64,000 nucleotides of DNA, taken from Octopus vulgaris (taxonomy: Eukaryota). The notes beneath the pieces were generated by a model, which worked only from the letters and a program-made list of their open reading frames with translations, did no database searches and was not told the DNA's origin. Of the stretch, positions 43,742 through 55,834 are shown piece by piece; the stretch's first letter is position 1; each line of letters starts with the position of its first letter. The stretch covers positions 82,460,001-82,524,000 of the forward strand of contig OX597823.1 of the NCBI GenBank assembly GCA_951406725.2, read 5' to 3'. A program made the position numbers and the translations under genes.

Positions 43742-46700
43742 ATGACTTTCGAATTTCATTGTATAGATCTAAATGTTGGAAGGAAGCAAAAATATGTGAC
43801 TCCGACTTAGCGTTAAATCTTATGTAGTCTTAATTATGAAATAAGCACATGTTCACAGGCACCTCTGACTACATATATATATATATTTATATATATAAAT
43901 ATATGTATGTATTATATATATGTATTATATATATATATATATATATATATGAATCACTGCTCTACAGTTGTTATGCTAGGTAAAATTGAAAATAACTATC
44001 CACTTACACTCATCACACTTGCACTCACACTCAATGACAGATGGTATATGTTTGGTAATACATTTGTTAAGGCACATAATCGATGACAATTAAAGAAGAA
44101 CCTTCATTATCATTAAATATCTAATAACAGTTCGACGTTAAAAATAATTAACCAATACCCTATGTTGTCGGTAAAAATGAACATATTTATAAATGTATAT
44201 TTTTCATTGATGTGATTTGAATTATATTTAATGATATCTAGAGTTATATGTATTCTGCCGAGACGATGCATTATGATTTGATTCACTGTGGATACATGGC
44301 CGAAGCTGTTAGAATAATAGCATTTAATGATAGGTAAATATTCTTCTTTGTGCTATTGACTGTGTTTTGTTTCATTTAATTGCACCAATCAATATCTAAA
44401 TATCCGAGATGATGCTATGAAACTTTAGAAATACAAAAGTTTTGGTAACCGGCCAAGGTGAATTAAACATTAATCATTGTAACTCGGGGAGTTCCTTATG
44501 ACATAAATCTGTTCAGTTGGTTACTTTCAACACATGAATGATGAATTGCTAAAATCCTGACACATTGATCTTGAAAATGTCCAAACCATAATAATCCAGA
44601 ACACGGCAGAAATGATATTACTGAATAATACTGAAATCTGATTTTTTCTTCATAAGTGTTAATGATGATGATGATAACAATATCGATAATGCCGTCAATG
44701 TTGATGAGGGCCTTCATGATAATAATCCTCCTATGTATACTGTGAAATATTTTCTTGAATTTTCAGTACCATTTTTTTACTGACAGTATTGTAGTCCTTT
44801 GTTGCCAAAGTATACATTCATCAGCTCACATCTCGCTCGTAAACATATACTGGAAGTAAAAGCTACTATATACATATAACGAAATCACATCCATACTTTA
44901 TTTTGACTGACTCTGATTTCTGATAGACAAATAAAGCATACTATAAATTTTGAAAGTATCATTAACCTCTTAAGTGATGTCTACATACATGCTATTTTAC
45001 CGAAAGTATTTATTAAAGGAATAAGACTGTATCTAATGGACATTTTGCTGATAAGCCATGGTATCCTTAAATATTTTTAACAATACAATACATTCATTTA
45101 TCTCGCATAAAATATATATCGAGACACACCGATAGCGTGAAACTTATTCTTGAAGAAATATATTAATATTAAACAGAAAAAAAAAGCCAATAACGAAATT
45201 TAAACTGCAGTGGTATAATAATACTAAAGAATAAGACACTTTCGTCACATTAACACCACGCAAATTATAAAGTAATTGAAAATACATAGAAAATATTTTC
45301 TGCCATGAATATTCATGCCCAAAAGCTGACTTAATTCCAATGCCATTTTTATTAAACACATTACTAATGGACAATACAGTGAGATGAATAGCCACATTTC
45401 CAGATTTATGCCATAGAGTTGAACATAAGAATTTGAAGAAAGGAGTTGCAAGATTTTAGGACCGATTTTGTATTTCTTGAAGCTATGAACTTAAATAAAG
45501 CTTGACGTATGATAGCGGATTCATTATAACAGTAAAATACATTGTCACACTTTTCAACATCTATTTTTCATTGACATATTCTAAAACTATCTATAAGTAT
45601 ATTGATTTATGTATATTCCATACAAGTCTGAATACTTAAATGGTAACCAAGAAATAGTTAGTTTTTCTTATTTCTTTTCCTACAGCTTCAGGAGTACAAA
45701 TTATCAAAGCCGAAAAAACCGAGATAGAGTATCAAATCGGAAATTTAGTAATACTTTTGAAAATATTCTATTATTGTTTGAAAAATAGGTATTAATCCGT
45801 GCGTCAATGCATTTCAGGAAAAAAAAAACACTGAATGTAATGAATAATGAAATAACACATAAATAAAAAAATATATATATGATAAATAAATGAGTAAGAA
45901 ATAGCCAACACTAATTAATCGATTGATGCGCTCAGGAATGCCTTGATGAATCTCGACTTGAAATTTCGATTATATCACAAAGGGAGAACCAGACTCAGTA
46001 ATGATGATGCGAGTAATGACGCTAGTCGGACATGTATTTTAATTTTTTTTTTGCTGGTAAAGACAAATGCAAAAGAGCTGTAGAAAATGTACAAATCTTT
46101 TCTCAACTTACGTGATCGGTCGTTACAAGTGTATAAAATGCAACCGATTTGCTTTTCCCAACAATTCATAATTTTCTATACAAATTCACCGTTTCGAAAG
46201 CGTTTATATTAATTCTTTAGGCTGAAATCTCTGCTAAAGGATACATTATTAGCGATAAAACAAGCACATAATAGCCTATTGCAATATTTTTACGTATAGG
46301 AACGCGCATATGATTCGTATATACATTCGTAAATATTGTAACAAGTTTTGTTACGTACACAAATTATTTCCTAATATATTCCGGTTCAAACCGGTAAAAG
46401 ACATCGACGAAAAAGATTGTTCGATTAAAATGCTTGTAGGAAATTAAATATGAATGTTTGTACACGAGATTCTTAAAGATAGGAACTAATAACGTTTCCA
46501 CCTTTAAGATCTATGTGGATCTTAAAGGTTTATATCTCGTTACATATTGTATGAAACATTTGTATTTCGATCTCGTACTTTCTTTTTGATCTCAAGTAAT
46601 ACCTCTAAAATAACAAAGGTATTGATCATCAATGCTTTTCATCATATACAAACTCTAACACAGATTTATCTATACGTTATGCTTTCCTTTTTTAATATAT

Positions 46701-46965
46701 TAGTAAATTTTACCAATATTCCAATCGAAAGCAACATATCAATATTAAAACTAATAGTCTCTTTGATTTCCATCAAAGGAAATTAATCTGACATTCGATC
46801 AACTTCGCAAAAAGATATTTATATAAATTCATAATGCTAATTCTATTATAAAACTAATCATTTGACAAACTTGAACGCATTTCTTACATGACCCATTCTT
46901 CAAAACTCTCCATAAACGAAAAAAAGCAACAATTATATTAATACAGATATTAATGGTTCCCCTAC

Positions 46966-47186
46966 CTGGTCTCTTCTCCTTCCAACAACTTCCTGTATGC
47001 AGCAATTTCTAATTCAAGTGATAGTTTGATATCCATCAAATCTTGCAGTTCTTTCAAAATGCTTTCCATTTCTCCACGTAATTTGGTAATTTCTTCTTTG
47101 TATTGAGAACTTTCCAATTCGTTTTGCCTATCTTTTTCTTCTAATTCTCGCATCAAGTCTTGATTTGTTCTTTCCATTTGAGCATT
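46966..47186 (-). CDS. Neurofilament rod-end exon (coil 2B), 221 nt: NAQMERTNQ...[19 protein letters not shown]
   Basis: Boundaries ttgcag|AAT and ACC AG|gtaggg; IF consensus helix-termination motif; ends in phase 2. Confidence 0.97.
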
Positions 47187-47387
47187 CTGCAAGCAAAATA
47201 TAAAAAAATCGTTTAGATTTAAATTGAGACATGAAAAGTACAAGCAAAAATGAAATATCGAAATTTATAATGGCTGTACAGATGCTTAATTTGTTGAAAG
47301 TATTATTGCCATTGTTAGGGGTGTTGTTACTATTAGAAAATTCGTGCATATAATGGTTGTCTTCTTGTTGTCTTGAGCTACATTTCT

Positions 47388-47803
47388 TATTTCTTTATTA
47401 CCCACAAGGGGCTAAACACAGAGGGGACAAAAAAGGACAGACAAAGAGATTAAGTCGATTACATCGACCCCAGTGCGTAATTGGTACTTAATTTATTGAC
47501 CCCGAAAGGATGAAAGGCAAAGTCGACCTCGGCGGAATTTGAACTCAGAACGTAGTGGCAGACGAAATACCTATTTCTTTATTACCCACAAGGGGCTAAA
47601 CATAGAGGGGACAAACAAGGACATACATAGGGATTAAGTCGATTACATCGACCCCAGTGCGGGACTGGTACTTAATTTATCGACCCCGAAAGAATGAAAG
47701 GCAAAGTCGACCTCGGCGTAATTTGAACTCAGAACGTAGTGGCAGACGAAATACCGCTAAGCATTTCGCCCTGAGTGCTAATGCTTCTGCCAGCTCACCG
47801 CCT
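47388..47803 (-). mobile_element. Dimeric tRNA-derived SINE (family C) with a 17-bp target-site duplication
   Basis: TCTTGAGCTACATTTCT at 47371-47387 and 47804-47820; two units with 184-bp period; 5' end GGCGGTGAGCTGGCAG and B-box-like GTTCAAAT. Confidence 0.88.
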
Positions 47804-49040
47804 TCTTGAGCTACATTTCTGTTAACAAAATTTATTTACTTGTGTTTTAAGTGCTGTTACTTCTCGTCTATTTAACATCGAATTTTAAGATATTAATCCT
47901 GCTATTATACGAGGAGCATATTCGTAAGTCCAAAAATTCAACGATTTCACTAAAGCAGAAATATATAATTCCATGTTTTTGTATTCATACGCAGGTTCAT
48001 AAAACTACCCTTAAACATACTGCGTGTATCACTACACTCAATATAATTTATACAAGATATGAGAACATACTTTAAGATAAGCAAAACGAACGTTTAGATA
48101 CTGGCGTGTCTGTTACTATTTCATTCAATAGTAACAGAAATATATATTTATTTACTATTTTATACAGTCTGCGTCTGTATCATTTTTCTAACTCATGCAA
48201 CTCAATGTCTTGGAAGTATCGTTACTATTTACGTATTTTCCCCTGAATTGAATTAGTGAGGTGAACAATTATTTAGCTCTGGGGGACAAGTAACTCCAAA
48301 TAATATTCTCAAATTTATAACCATATTCTAAAAGGATGTAAATGTTATTGAATTGTAATAATATAATATTGATAAGTAGAAATAGCACCAATATGAAACT
48401 GTTCCACCATATTAGACATATTTTTCAAATTTTCTAAAAGTTTAACATGTTTTACATTATATTTACTGAATCTATTCAAAAACTTTAAGGACTACTCTGC
48501 TGGAGTAATATTGACTTCTTTTTCCGGCGGTGAACCATTGATTATGGCAACCCTGGTAAGCAAGCTACTTACCACACAGCCACTCCTGAGCCTATATGCA
48601 TACTTTACTGCTAAGACGAGTGTAGTATGTAGTATTACGAGTCTATCCAGAAATACAATGCTCGAACAGGTGTTTTGGACTCAAGCAGTGAAAGTTTAAT
48701 ATTTTATCTGTTTAGAAATTCATACGAATGTTGATATTAAATTTTATTTAAATATAATATCAACTGATCCGAGAGTTTGTTGATTTGTAACAATTCCCTT
48801 TAAATAGGTTGCTGTGACAGTGCGTACCTACAATGGGTTAACGCGAAAGATATCTTCTTTCTTCAAGCTACACTCACAAAAAGATGTGTTCAACAATTAT
48901 GAAACGCTATATTTTTATAGGTGGATCTCTATTGGCTGCCTTAAATTGTACACTCCTATTAATAGTTCATTTTCTTTGTTAGCCTTGTTTCTGTGATCAA
49001 AGATATTTTCTAGGAAAAGTCCACTTTTTTTCAAGTTCTA

Positions 49041-49392
49041 GGCGTAGGAGTGGCTGTGTGGTAAGTAGCTTGCTTACCAACCTTGGGCAAGTGTTTTCTA
49101 CTATAGCCTTGTGAGTGGATTTGGTAGACGGAAATTGAAAGAAGCCCGTCGTATATATGTATATATATATGTATGTGTGTGTGTATGTTTGTGTGTCTGT
49201 GTTTGTCCCCCCAACATCACTTGACAACCGATTCTGGTGTGTTTACGTACCCGTAACTTAGCGGTTCGGCAAAATAGACCGATAGAATAAGTACTAGGCT
49301 TACAAAGAATAGTCCTAGGGTCGATTTGCTCGACTAAAGGCGGTGCTCCAGCATGGCCGCAGTCATATGACTGAAACAAGTAAAAGAGTAAA
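49041..49392 (+). mobile_element. tRNA-derived SINE (family A) with internal TA/TG microsatellite and B-box deletion
   Basis: GGCGTAGGAGTGGCTGTGTGGTAAGTAGCTTGCTTACC...CCAGCATGGCCGCAGTC...TGACTGAAACAAGTAAAAGAG; homologous to 5637-5790 and 58310-58460. Confidence 0.8.
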
Positions 49393-49849
49393 TGATTATC
49401 CAGAACTACATTATCAAATGTACACTTCTGTTCCTTAAGAAGGGTGAGATGTACTTTGAGGGAGATTCAGTTTCTTTTTCTCAGAAGTCGAGCAAACATG
49501 AAAAGTCTCCTTATGACGGGCATGAAATTTAGGTGCTTACTCCCTAAACAAGTAAATGATACATTTACTTTTCAGTGAATACGGTGACGTGGTGATATAC
49601 ATAAGGAATACCAACGATACATAATAGAAATGAACAATACAGAGTAAAAGGAGTGTACATATAATAGCTGTGTTCATATAATAACGTTGATATATATTTG
49701 TGGGTGTGATAGTAATGTCGAGAGACAGTACAAATTGCGTTTGATATTATCCTAGTTTGCTACAACTGATAGTTATATATCACGCATTTCTATGCAAAAT
49801 AGTTGGCCTTATGACCCAGTTACACTGATTTTATCAATGTATAAATACT

Positions 49850-50040
49850 CCTTTCTTCTATAGGCACATTGACTAAAAATTAGGGAATAGGGGGACAAGT
49901 CGACTACATTGACCCCCAGTGCTCGACTGGAACATTTTTATCGACCCGAAGGATGAAAGGCAATGTTGACCTTGGCGGTATTTGAACGTAATGACGGACG
50001 AAATGACACTAAGTATAACGTTTGTGTCTGCTCGCTGCCA
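49850..50040 (-). mobile_element. Family-C SINE copy
   Basis: gtcgactacattgacccccag...atcgacccgaaggatgaaaggcaatgttgaccttggcgg. Confidence 0.75.
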
Positions 50041-50270
50041 TCGTCAATATATAAATAATGATGTCAATAAATCATTAACGAGATGGATTAATTCCATTGC
50101 TAATAATATTGCTATTGATGTCAAGCTGTGCTTTTCATCATTCTGGGTTCAGTTAAATATTCGAGACGATTTAATCGACTGACATCCCAACCACCCAGAT
50201 ATCAAGATTGTGTCGGTATTAGGAGAAATTATTAGTATCATTATTTTTTTCATTATTATTTAGAAATACC

Positions 50271-50375
50271 AAGGCAGTGAGTCGACAGAATCGTTTGCAC
50301 GTCGGACCAAGTGTTCAGCGATATTTATTCCGGCTCTTTACATGCTGAGGTCAACTTTGCTTTTCATCCTTTCGG
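50271..50375 (+). mobile_element. Family-C SINE 5' fragment, opposite orientation
   Basis: aaggcagtgagtcgacagaatcg...gaggtcaactttgcttttcatcctttcgg. Confidence 0.65.
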
Positions 50376-50624
50376 TGGTGGGGGGACGTTAAGTAATGTA
50401 ACAGCCTTTTAAATAAAACTTTAATTACAAATACTACTCCTAATCAGACTTTTAACACTTAGACTGCTTCACAATTACGCTGCTGTGAGTTAGATTACAT
50501 TGTGTTACATCTTCACTAAGTCTTGACATAACCTGAGATGACTGCAGCCATATGTGTGAACGTATGTGTACTGGAAACATCCTGGAAGCCTATAGGATGG
50601 ACTCACCAGTTTTAGTAGTGATGG

Positions 50625-50915
50625 TATTGGCTTAGTGGATAGGGATTTTGGGCTCATGACCGTGGCGTAGTGATTATGGGTGTTGGACTCATTATCGTAA
50701 TATTGTAGTTTTTATTCCTGGAACGGACGATGCATTGTGTTCTTGAACAGAACACTTCATTTTAAGTTACTCTAGCCAACTCAGTTGGTAAAAATGAGTA
50801 AACCAGCAACTAACTCGAGTCTCGTCCATAGGGGGTGGGGTGGGGGGCTATATATGCCACGGAACCCAAGAAACTTGGAAACCGGCCCAATGAGTCAATA
50901 CGATTCGGGAAGGAG
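50625..50915 (+). mobile_element. Family-B SINE with duplicated 5' head
   Basis: tggcttagtggatagggattttgggctcatgac is followed by tggcgtagtgattatgggtgttggactcattatcgtaa...cattgtgttcttgaacagaacacttcattt. Confidence 0.6.
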
Positions 50916-51580
50916 CATAATCCAGTCATTGATCCATCATCTAGGATAACATAACCACCTGGCCATTTGGGTGTCCTCAGGAGAGGTTACATGCAATCGT
51001 GCCAGCTGTTTATTCTGATGATAATTCATAACTTTCTCTTCCTCATATCCCTGTGGCTGCATGTCTTTTGTATACACAGAGACAACAAATAATATCTACT
51101 TTGTTATTCAGTAGCTTTAACAGATCTAATATTATATGCGACGCTCAAACCAAATGTCACAGACAATGACTCGTATCGATGTTTAATCTTTACGATCATG
51201 CTGTTATGAATAGAACTGTTCATATGAAGCATATATATTTAGAATATATGACCTTTATTGCATAAAATATTTAATAACTATTGCTAATACCATGTTTTAC
51301 AAGTTACTCATCATTGGCATAAACCGCTTATAAGCCGGTAATACATTTACCTGGTTGAGAAAAATAACCAGTAGAAGTTTAGTTTTACTGTAAACGTTTA
51401 CACCATTCGCCTGGCAAATACACAACGAATTTGCCAGGCGAAAAATACTAGAATATTAGAACGCTTTGCTGCCTTGAACATTCATGAATACCCATATAGG
51501 CTTCTCTACACATTTTTACTATACATTAAACTACATTACATTACAAGTTGTTCGTATCAGTAACTTCTACAATATATATA

Positions 51581-51967
51581 TCTATATATAAAGCTGACGT
51601 TGTCTGTGTATGGCAGGTTTGGTAGCCTTCAACTAACACTATCTCCTCCGAGACCCTGCGGCTCAAGTTGACCAAAATTGAGGGTATGATAGAAGAAGGC
51701 TTGCTTTTCCTTCCGTAGAAGAAAAAATTCAAATCGGACCACGTTAAAACCAAAAATTATTTACATCTAAAAGGTGTTTTTTTTCTATGAAAACCCCTAT
51801 TTTTTACGATTTTTTGACTGCTGTGTCGCCATTTTTCGGTGTATTTCAACTAGAAATATGTTCACTTAAAGAGAATACAAGCTACATAATGCAAAATTTT
51901 TACTTTTCAAAAATTCCAATTGTAAAGGGTTGAAACAAACCCGAGCAACGCCGGGCGATACTGCTAG
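51581..51967 (+). mobile_element. Non-autonomous Helitron, 387 bp
   Basis: Starts A|TCTATATATAAAGCTG, ends CTAG|T, with a subterminal GC hairpin CCCGAGCAACGCCGGG (51940-51955); no TSD; inserted between A and T. Confidence 0.8.
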
Positions 51968-52099
51968 TATACATATACATGTGTGTGTGTACATGTTTGA
52001 GTGTGTATGTGTGTATATCTGTACTTTATATTTGCAGGAGCATAAACAAAGTACAGAAAAGAAGGGGTTGCGAAAGAGGAAGTTAAAGGCAATCCATAC

Positions 52100-52225
52100 C
52101 CTTGCTTCTAAGTCAGTAAGTCTGTTACGAACTTCGTTCATATTGCTTTTCAGTTTTACATTTTCTTCTTTGTTGCGAGTAACTTCCATATTTTGTTTGG
52201 TAGCACCGGTACGGAATTCTTGAAC
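52100..52225 (-). CDS. Neurofilament rod exon (coil 2), 126 nt: VQEFRTGATKQNMEV...RLTDLEAR
   Basis: Boundaries ttttaacag|GTT and AGG|gtatgg; 42 codons; overlaps ORF 51866..52189. Confidence 0.95.
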
Positions 52226-53105
52226 CTGTTAAAAAGAAAAAAATATAAAAAGCGATGTTAACTATCGATCTGGATTCGATATTAGCAGTTCAAAGTATGT
52301 TACTTCAGAACAATATAATATATTCTTTAAATATGATATATTAGATTATATACAGTTTAACTAGAAAATGTGATGAAAGTTGATTCTGATAAGAGGCCTA
52401 TGGAGAGGTACCTCAGGACTCTACAGAATCGGACTTCCCTCAGATTAGTGGGTGGAGAAGATGGATGGGGGAATGGATACTGTTTAATATGTATCAGTAT
52501 TTGTTAATAATCAGACAATCTTTAATTAGAGATGATCCAAATAACGGGAACGCCTTTCCTATATTTTACCAACATAAGAAATTTATATTAATTACTATTA
52601 CAATGTTCAAGTTTCAGCGTAAGAAGGATACAGACAATCCTTTAGAGTTGGTTGTAGTAGAATGTTAAAGCTATTCTACCTTTCATCTAACCTATTTTCT
52701 CAACGATGTGGGGGAATTTACTGTATGGAGTGAGAAAGATTGAGTTATATACGTTTCCCACTGACTGAACGCAAACAATAACTTTCTCTTCTTCATATTC
52801 CTGTTGCTGCATGACTTTGTATACACAGAGACAACAAATAATATCCCCTTTGTTATTAGGTAGCTACAGTTTGAAGTTTAAGTCTTTGTAGCCATATCGT
52901 AATCGTTATTTAGTATTCATTGAGTCTAGTAGAGTAACTTAATTCTGGTTTACAAGTTCAGACGCTATGAAGAAGCTTATCAATTAAGGTCTTTTGCAGA
53001 ACATATTTGTAAATTATTATGAATGAAATGTCAGTGAAAAAGTAAAGGGCTTGATTGAATGTTTACAATCATTTTAAATTTTGGTTTGATAAAAGAAAGT
53101 CTTAC

Positions 53106-53267
53106 TTTGAGATTGTAATATGCTTCCATATCTCCACGCATTTGATCACATTTGGCATCATATTCTTGTTGAATGTCACGAATAGCTTGAGAGAGTTCGT
53201 TCCTCCAGAATTCACGGTTTTCAGCGGTTGTATCTCGGTATGCGAGAGCTGCCAATTCTTTAAGCTC
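53106..53267 (-). CDS. Neurofilament rod exon (linker L12/coil 2A), 162 nt: ELKELAALAYRD...DMEAYYNLK
   Basis: Boundaries ttacag|GAG and AAA|gtaaga; 54 codons; overlaps ORF 53031..53255. Confidence 0.95.
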
Positions 53268-53844
53268 CTGTAAAAATAAACAGCATTCGTTATATTTAAC
53301 TATTTGATTTATAGCGAGCTACAGTAAATTATAAAAAAAGTTTTATTGAGAAACCACCCCTAAAAATTTCACCGTTTTCAAACATTTTTGGTGGTTCATC
53401 AGAAATTGATTTTAAATATGAAGAAATATAGATTAGTGAACAGCCCAAATTATATTCTACGCTCATCTTATTAACATCAAGATTGTAATGCTATATTGCT
53501 TTCAGATGAAGACATCTCTAAAATGGTAGTCAAATATAAATATTTTCAATTGATCCATGTACATACGCCATGCAACACATTTTATTGTCGAATTATTTTC
53601 ACCAGGAAACTTTGTATGTATGCTTTCTAAGGGTCGTCAGGTAGGTAAATCTTGATTTTGACAAAAACGCTTTTTGCTGGGATCTGATATTTTATATTGA
53701 TTTGGGGACTGCACCCATGGCTTCCACAGGCCCGCCAAAGTTTGTGAAACCAATCCAGCTAATGTTTTCCTTGAATCATAGAAGCCTGGTTCTTAATGGA
53801 AGAATGAACGTAGGATTTTACTAGAAAGTTCCCTTCAGATGCAC

Positions 53845-54106
53845 AAGTCCGGGCAAGGTTGTTTGTGGAAGACTAGCAGTCACACATGTATGCCGATCTC
53901 TACTCCACGTCCCCAATATTGTTCAAAGGGAAAGAAACGGCCGATAAAGCTTGGCATTAGTGACGTCGCAACTCATTCATACAGCTGAGTGAACAGGAGC
54001 AACATGAAATAAAGTAACTTGCTCAACACACAGCCCATTCCGGGAATCGAACTCACAACCTCACGATTGTAACAGCAACCTATAACCACTGAACCGTGCG
54101 TCTTCA
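53845..54106 (-). mobile_element. Family-B SINE, near full length
   Basis: acagctgagtgaacaggagcaacatgaaat...gggaatcgaactcacaacctcacgattgt...taaccactgaaccgtgcg. Confidence 0.7.
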
Positions 54107-54109
54107 CTA

Positions 54110-55680
54110 TGGAAGACGTATAGATAAAGTAAGTATTTAGTTTAGGACCTCAAAAGATATAACCTATATATTTGACAAGAGAGAAAAGTAGAACAGTGCG
54201 AGACGAGTAAACTGGGTGGAGCCAGCCTTGAGAAGTTCATTGATGTATTGGTAAGAGACAGTGTTAAAACAAAGTGGGCGAACCAAACTTGGTATGTGTT
54301 GGTGAGCTATTTCATACCTATCAGTTGTGCGGCCTGTTTTGTGAAATATTTTGGATGTAGGATGCGTTTCTCTCTAGGTGTAACACCATTCCACTTGTGG
54401 ATCCTGATTCAGCTTTACAGAGAGTTAGCAAGAGTTAGGATTTGTACAATTTTCTAACATAATATATCAGTGTATGGGCTACAAGTTTTTGATATGTTTT
54501 AGATGTGAGGACGTCTGTGGAAATTCAATTTCTCCCACAGTTTTACTAATTAGTTTTTTAGTTAAGTCTTATTGTTCATTTCTTGAGCAGGTATACTGTC
54601 ACATACACAGTGATTATGTACCTGCCCTGTTCAAGGAGTCAGTGTTGATACGACCCTGTGAAAAATGTTTTATGGAATTAGCGCAAGTTTATCGTCGGCG
54701 GTATAAGAGGATGACTTTTATACGACGAATGCCAGACAGGAGCAAGAGGGTTTAGTTTGTTGATATACAGGAGAAAGCATGTCACACACCACACTTCAAT
54801 GATGTGTGTTAAAGCGAGTTCCATCAACACATAGTGTGAGAGTAAAGGCTGACAGCAGAAAGCTTACAATCTTAAAAACGATTGACAAAGAAAAGTAATT
54901 GTCAAGCATGGTTGAGTGGAACCACATTATTTTCAACTAGATTCTTAGATCTCCAGAGGATTTGGTATAAATGTGGTCATTCCGGAATGATAGGGAATTC
55001 ATATGTTGCAGAACTGGAGATCAAGGATTGTTTGCATTATACTGAAAGTGGGACCAATAGGCTGAAAACGTAGTGGAATCGTAGATGGTGTCCGTTATGG
55101 AAATGGAATGCAATGTAGCATTTTTACAAGTATCAAAAAACATGCCGAGAGAGAAAAGAGAGACAAGTAGAGTCGGAGAGAGAGAGGCGGGGGGGGGGGG
55201 AGAAATTAGTGATAGAGAAAGTGGTAGAAATATAAATGTTTGGAGAAGTTAGGATTTATCTCTTGGGCCCATGATCTGAGTGTGGTTGAAGGAAGAACGT
55301 TAACAGAGTGCGATGCCTTTTTAGCTTGAATTGAGAGATTTTATAACGAGAACAATAGGTTTAGCAGGGTTTTTATTTAATATATCCCATACGGAGTTCG
55401 AAGAAAGGTAACGGCAAATATGGAACATATCTCCGCGTCTCTATTGCTTAGAGAGACATCATGACTTCAGGGTAGGAAAATCCTGCAAATTGGTAAAGAT
55501 AATTTAAGAGAGGGACTAGAATAATCACAATTTAAGAGAAGTGGAGCTTGAGGAATGATGAAATTCCAAGACCAGTGGATGTCCCAAATAAGTGCTTAGA
55601 ATGTATGTTTATATGCTTCTACAAGTATTGCAAAGAATTCCTAGTATGTACAACACACCCTTAGAAGAAACTGAGATAAA
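54110..55680. mobile_element. Probable decayed retroelement (LINE/Penelope-like) remnant
   Basis: About 1.5 kb of G-rich, non-microsatellite sequence unlike its flanks; no intact ORF or recognisable RT motif. Confidence 0.3.
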
Positions 55681-55738
55681 TCTAATTAATAATCAGAGTT
55701 GATTACTAAGATTACTTACAAAGTAAATATTAACATAC

Positions 55739-55834
55739 CTGTGCATGTAAGTCTTTCTGGAATTCAAGCTCTTCTTCAAGTGTTTGTCTTCTATTTTCAG
55801 CGTCTAAGTGGTTGATGGTTTCGTTATTCAAATC
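55739..55834 (-). CDS. Neurofilament rod exon (coil 1B end), 96 nt: DLNNETINHLDAENRRQTLEEELEFQKDLHAQ
   Basis: Boundaries ttacag|GAT and CAG|gtatgt; phase 0/0; IF motif QTLEEELEF. Too short to appear in the ORF track. Confidence 0.93.

Noticed and set aside
50831-55200. G-runs (50831-50847, 55189-55200) as G-quadruplexes
   Set aside because: They lie within or next to repeat remnants and on the non-transcribed-sense strand; no supporting context.
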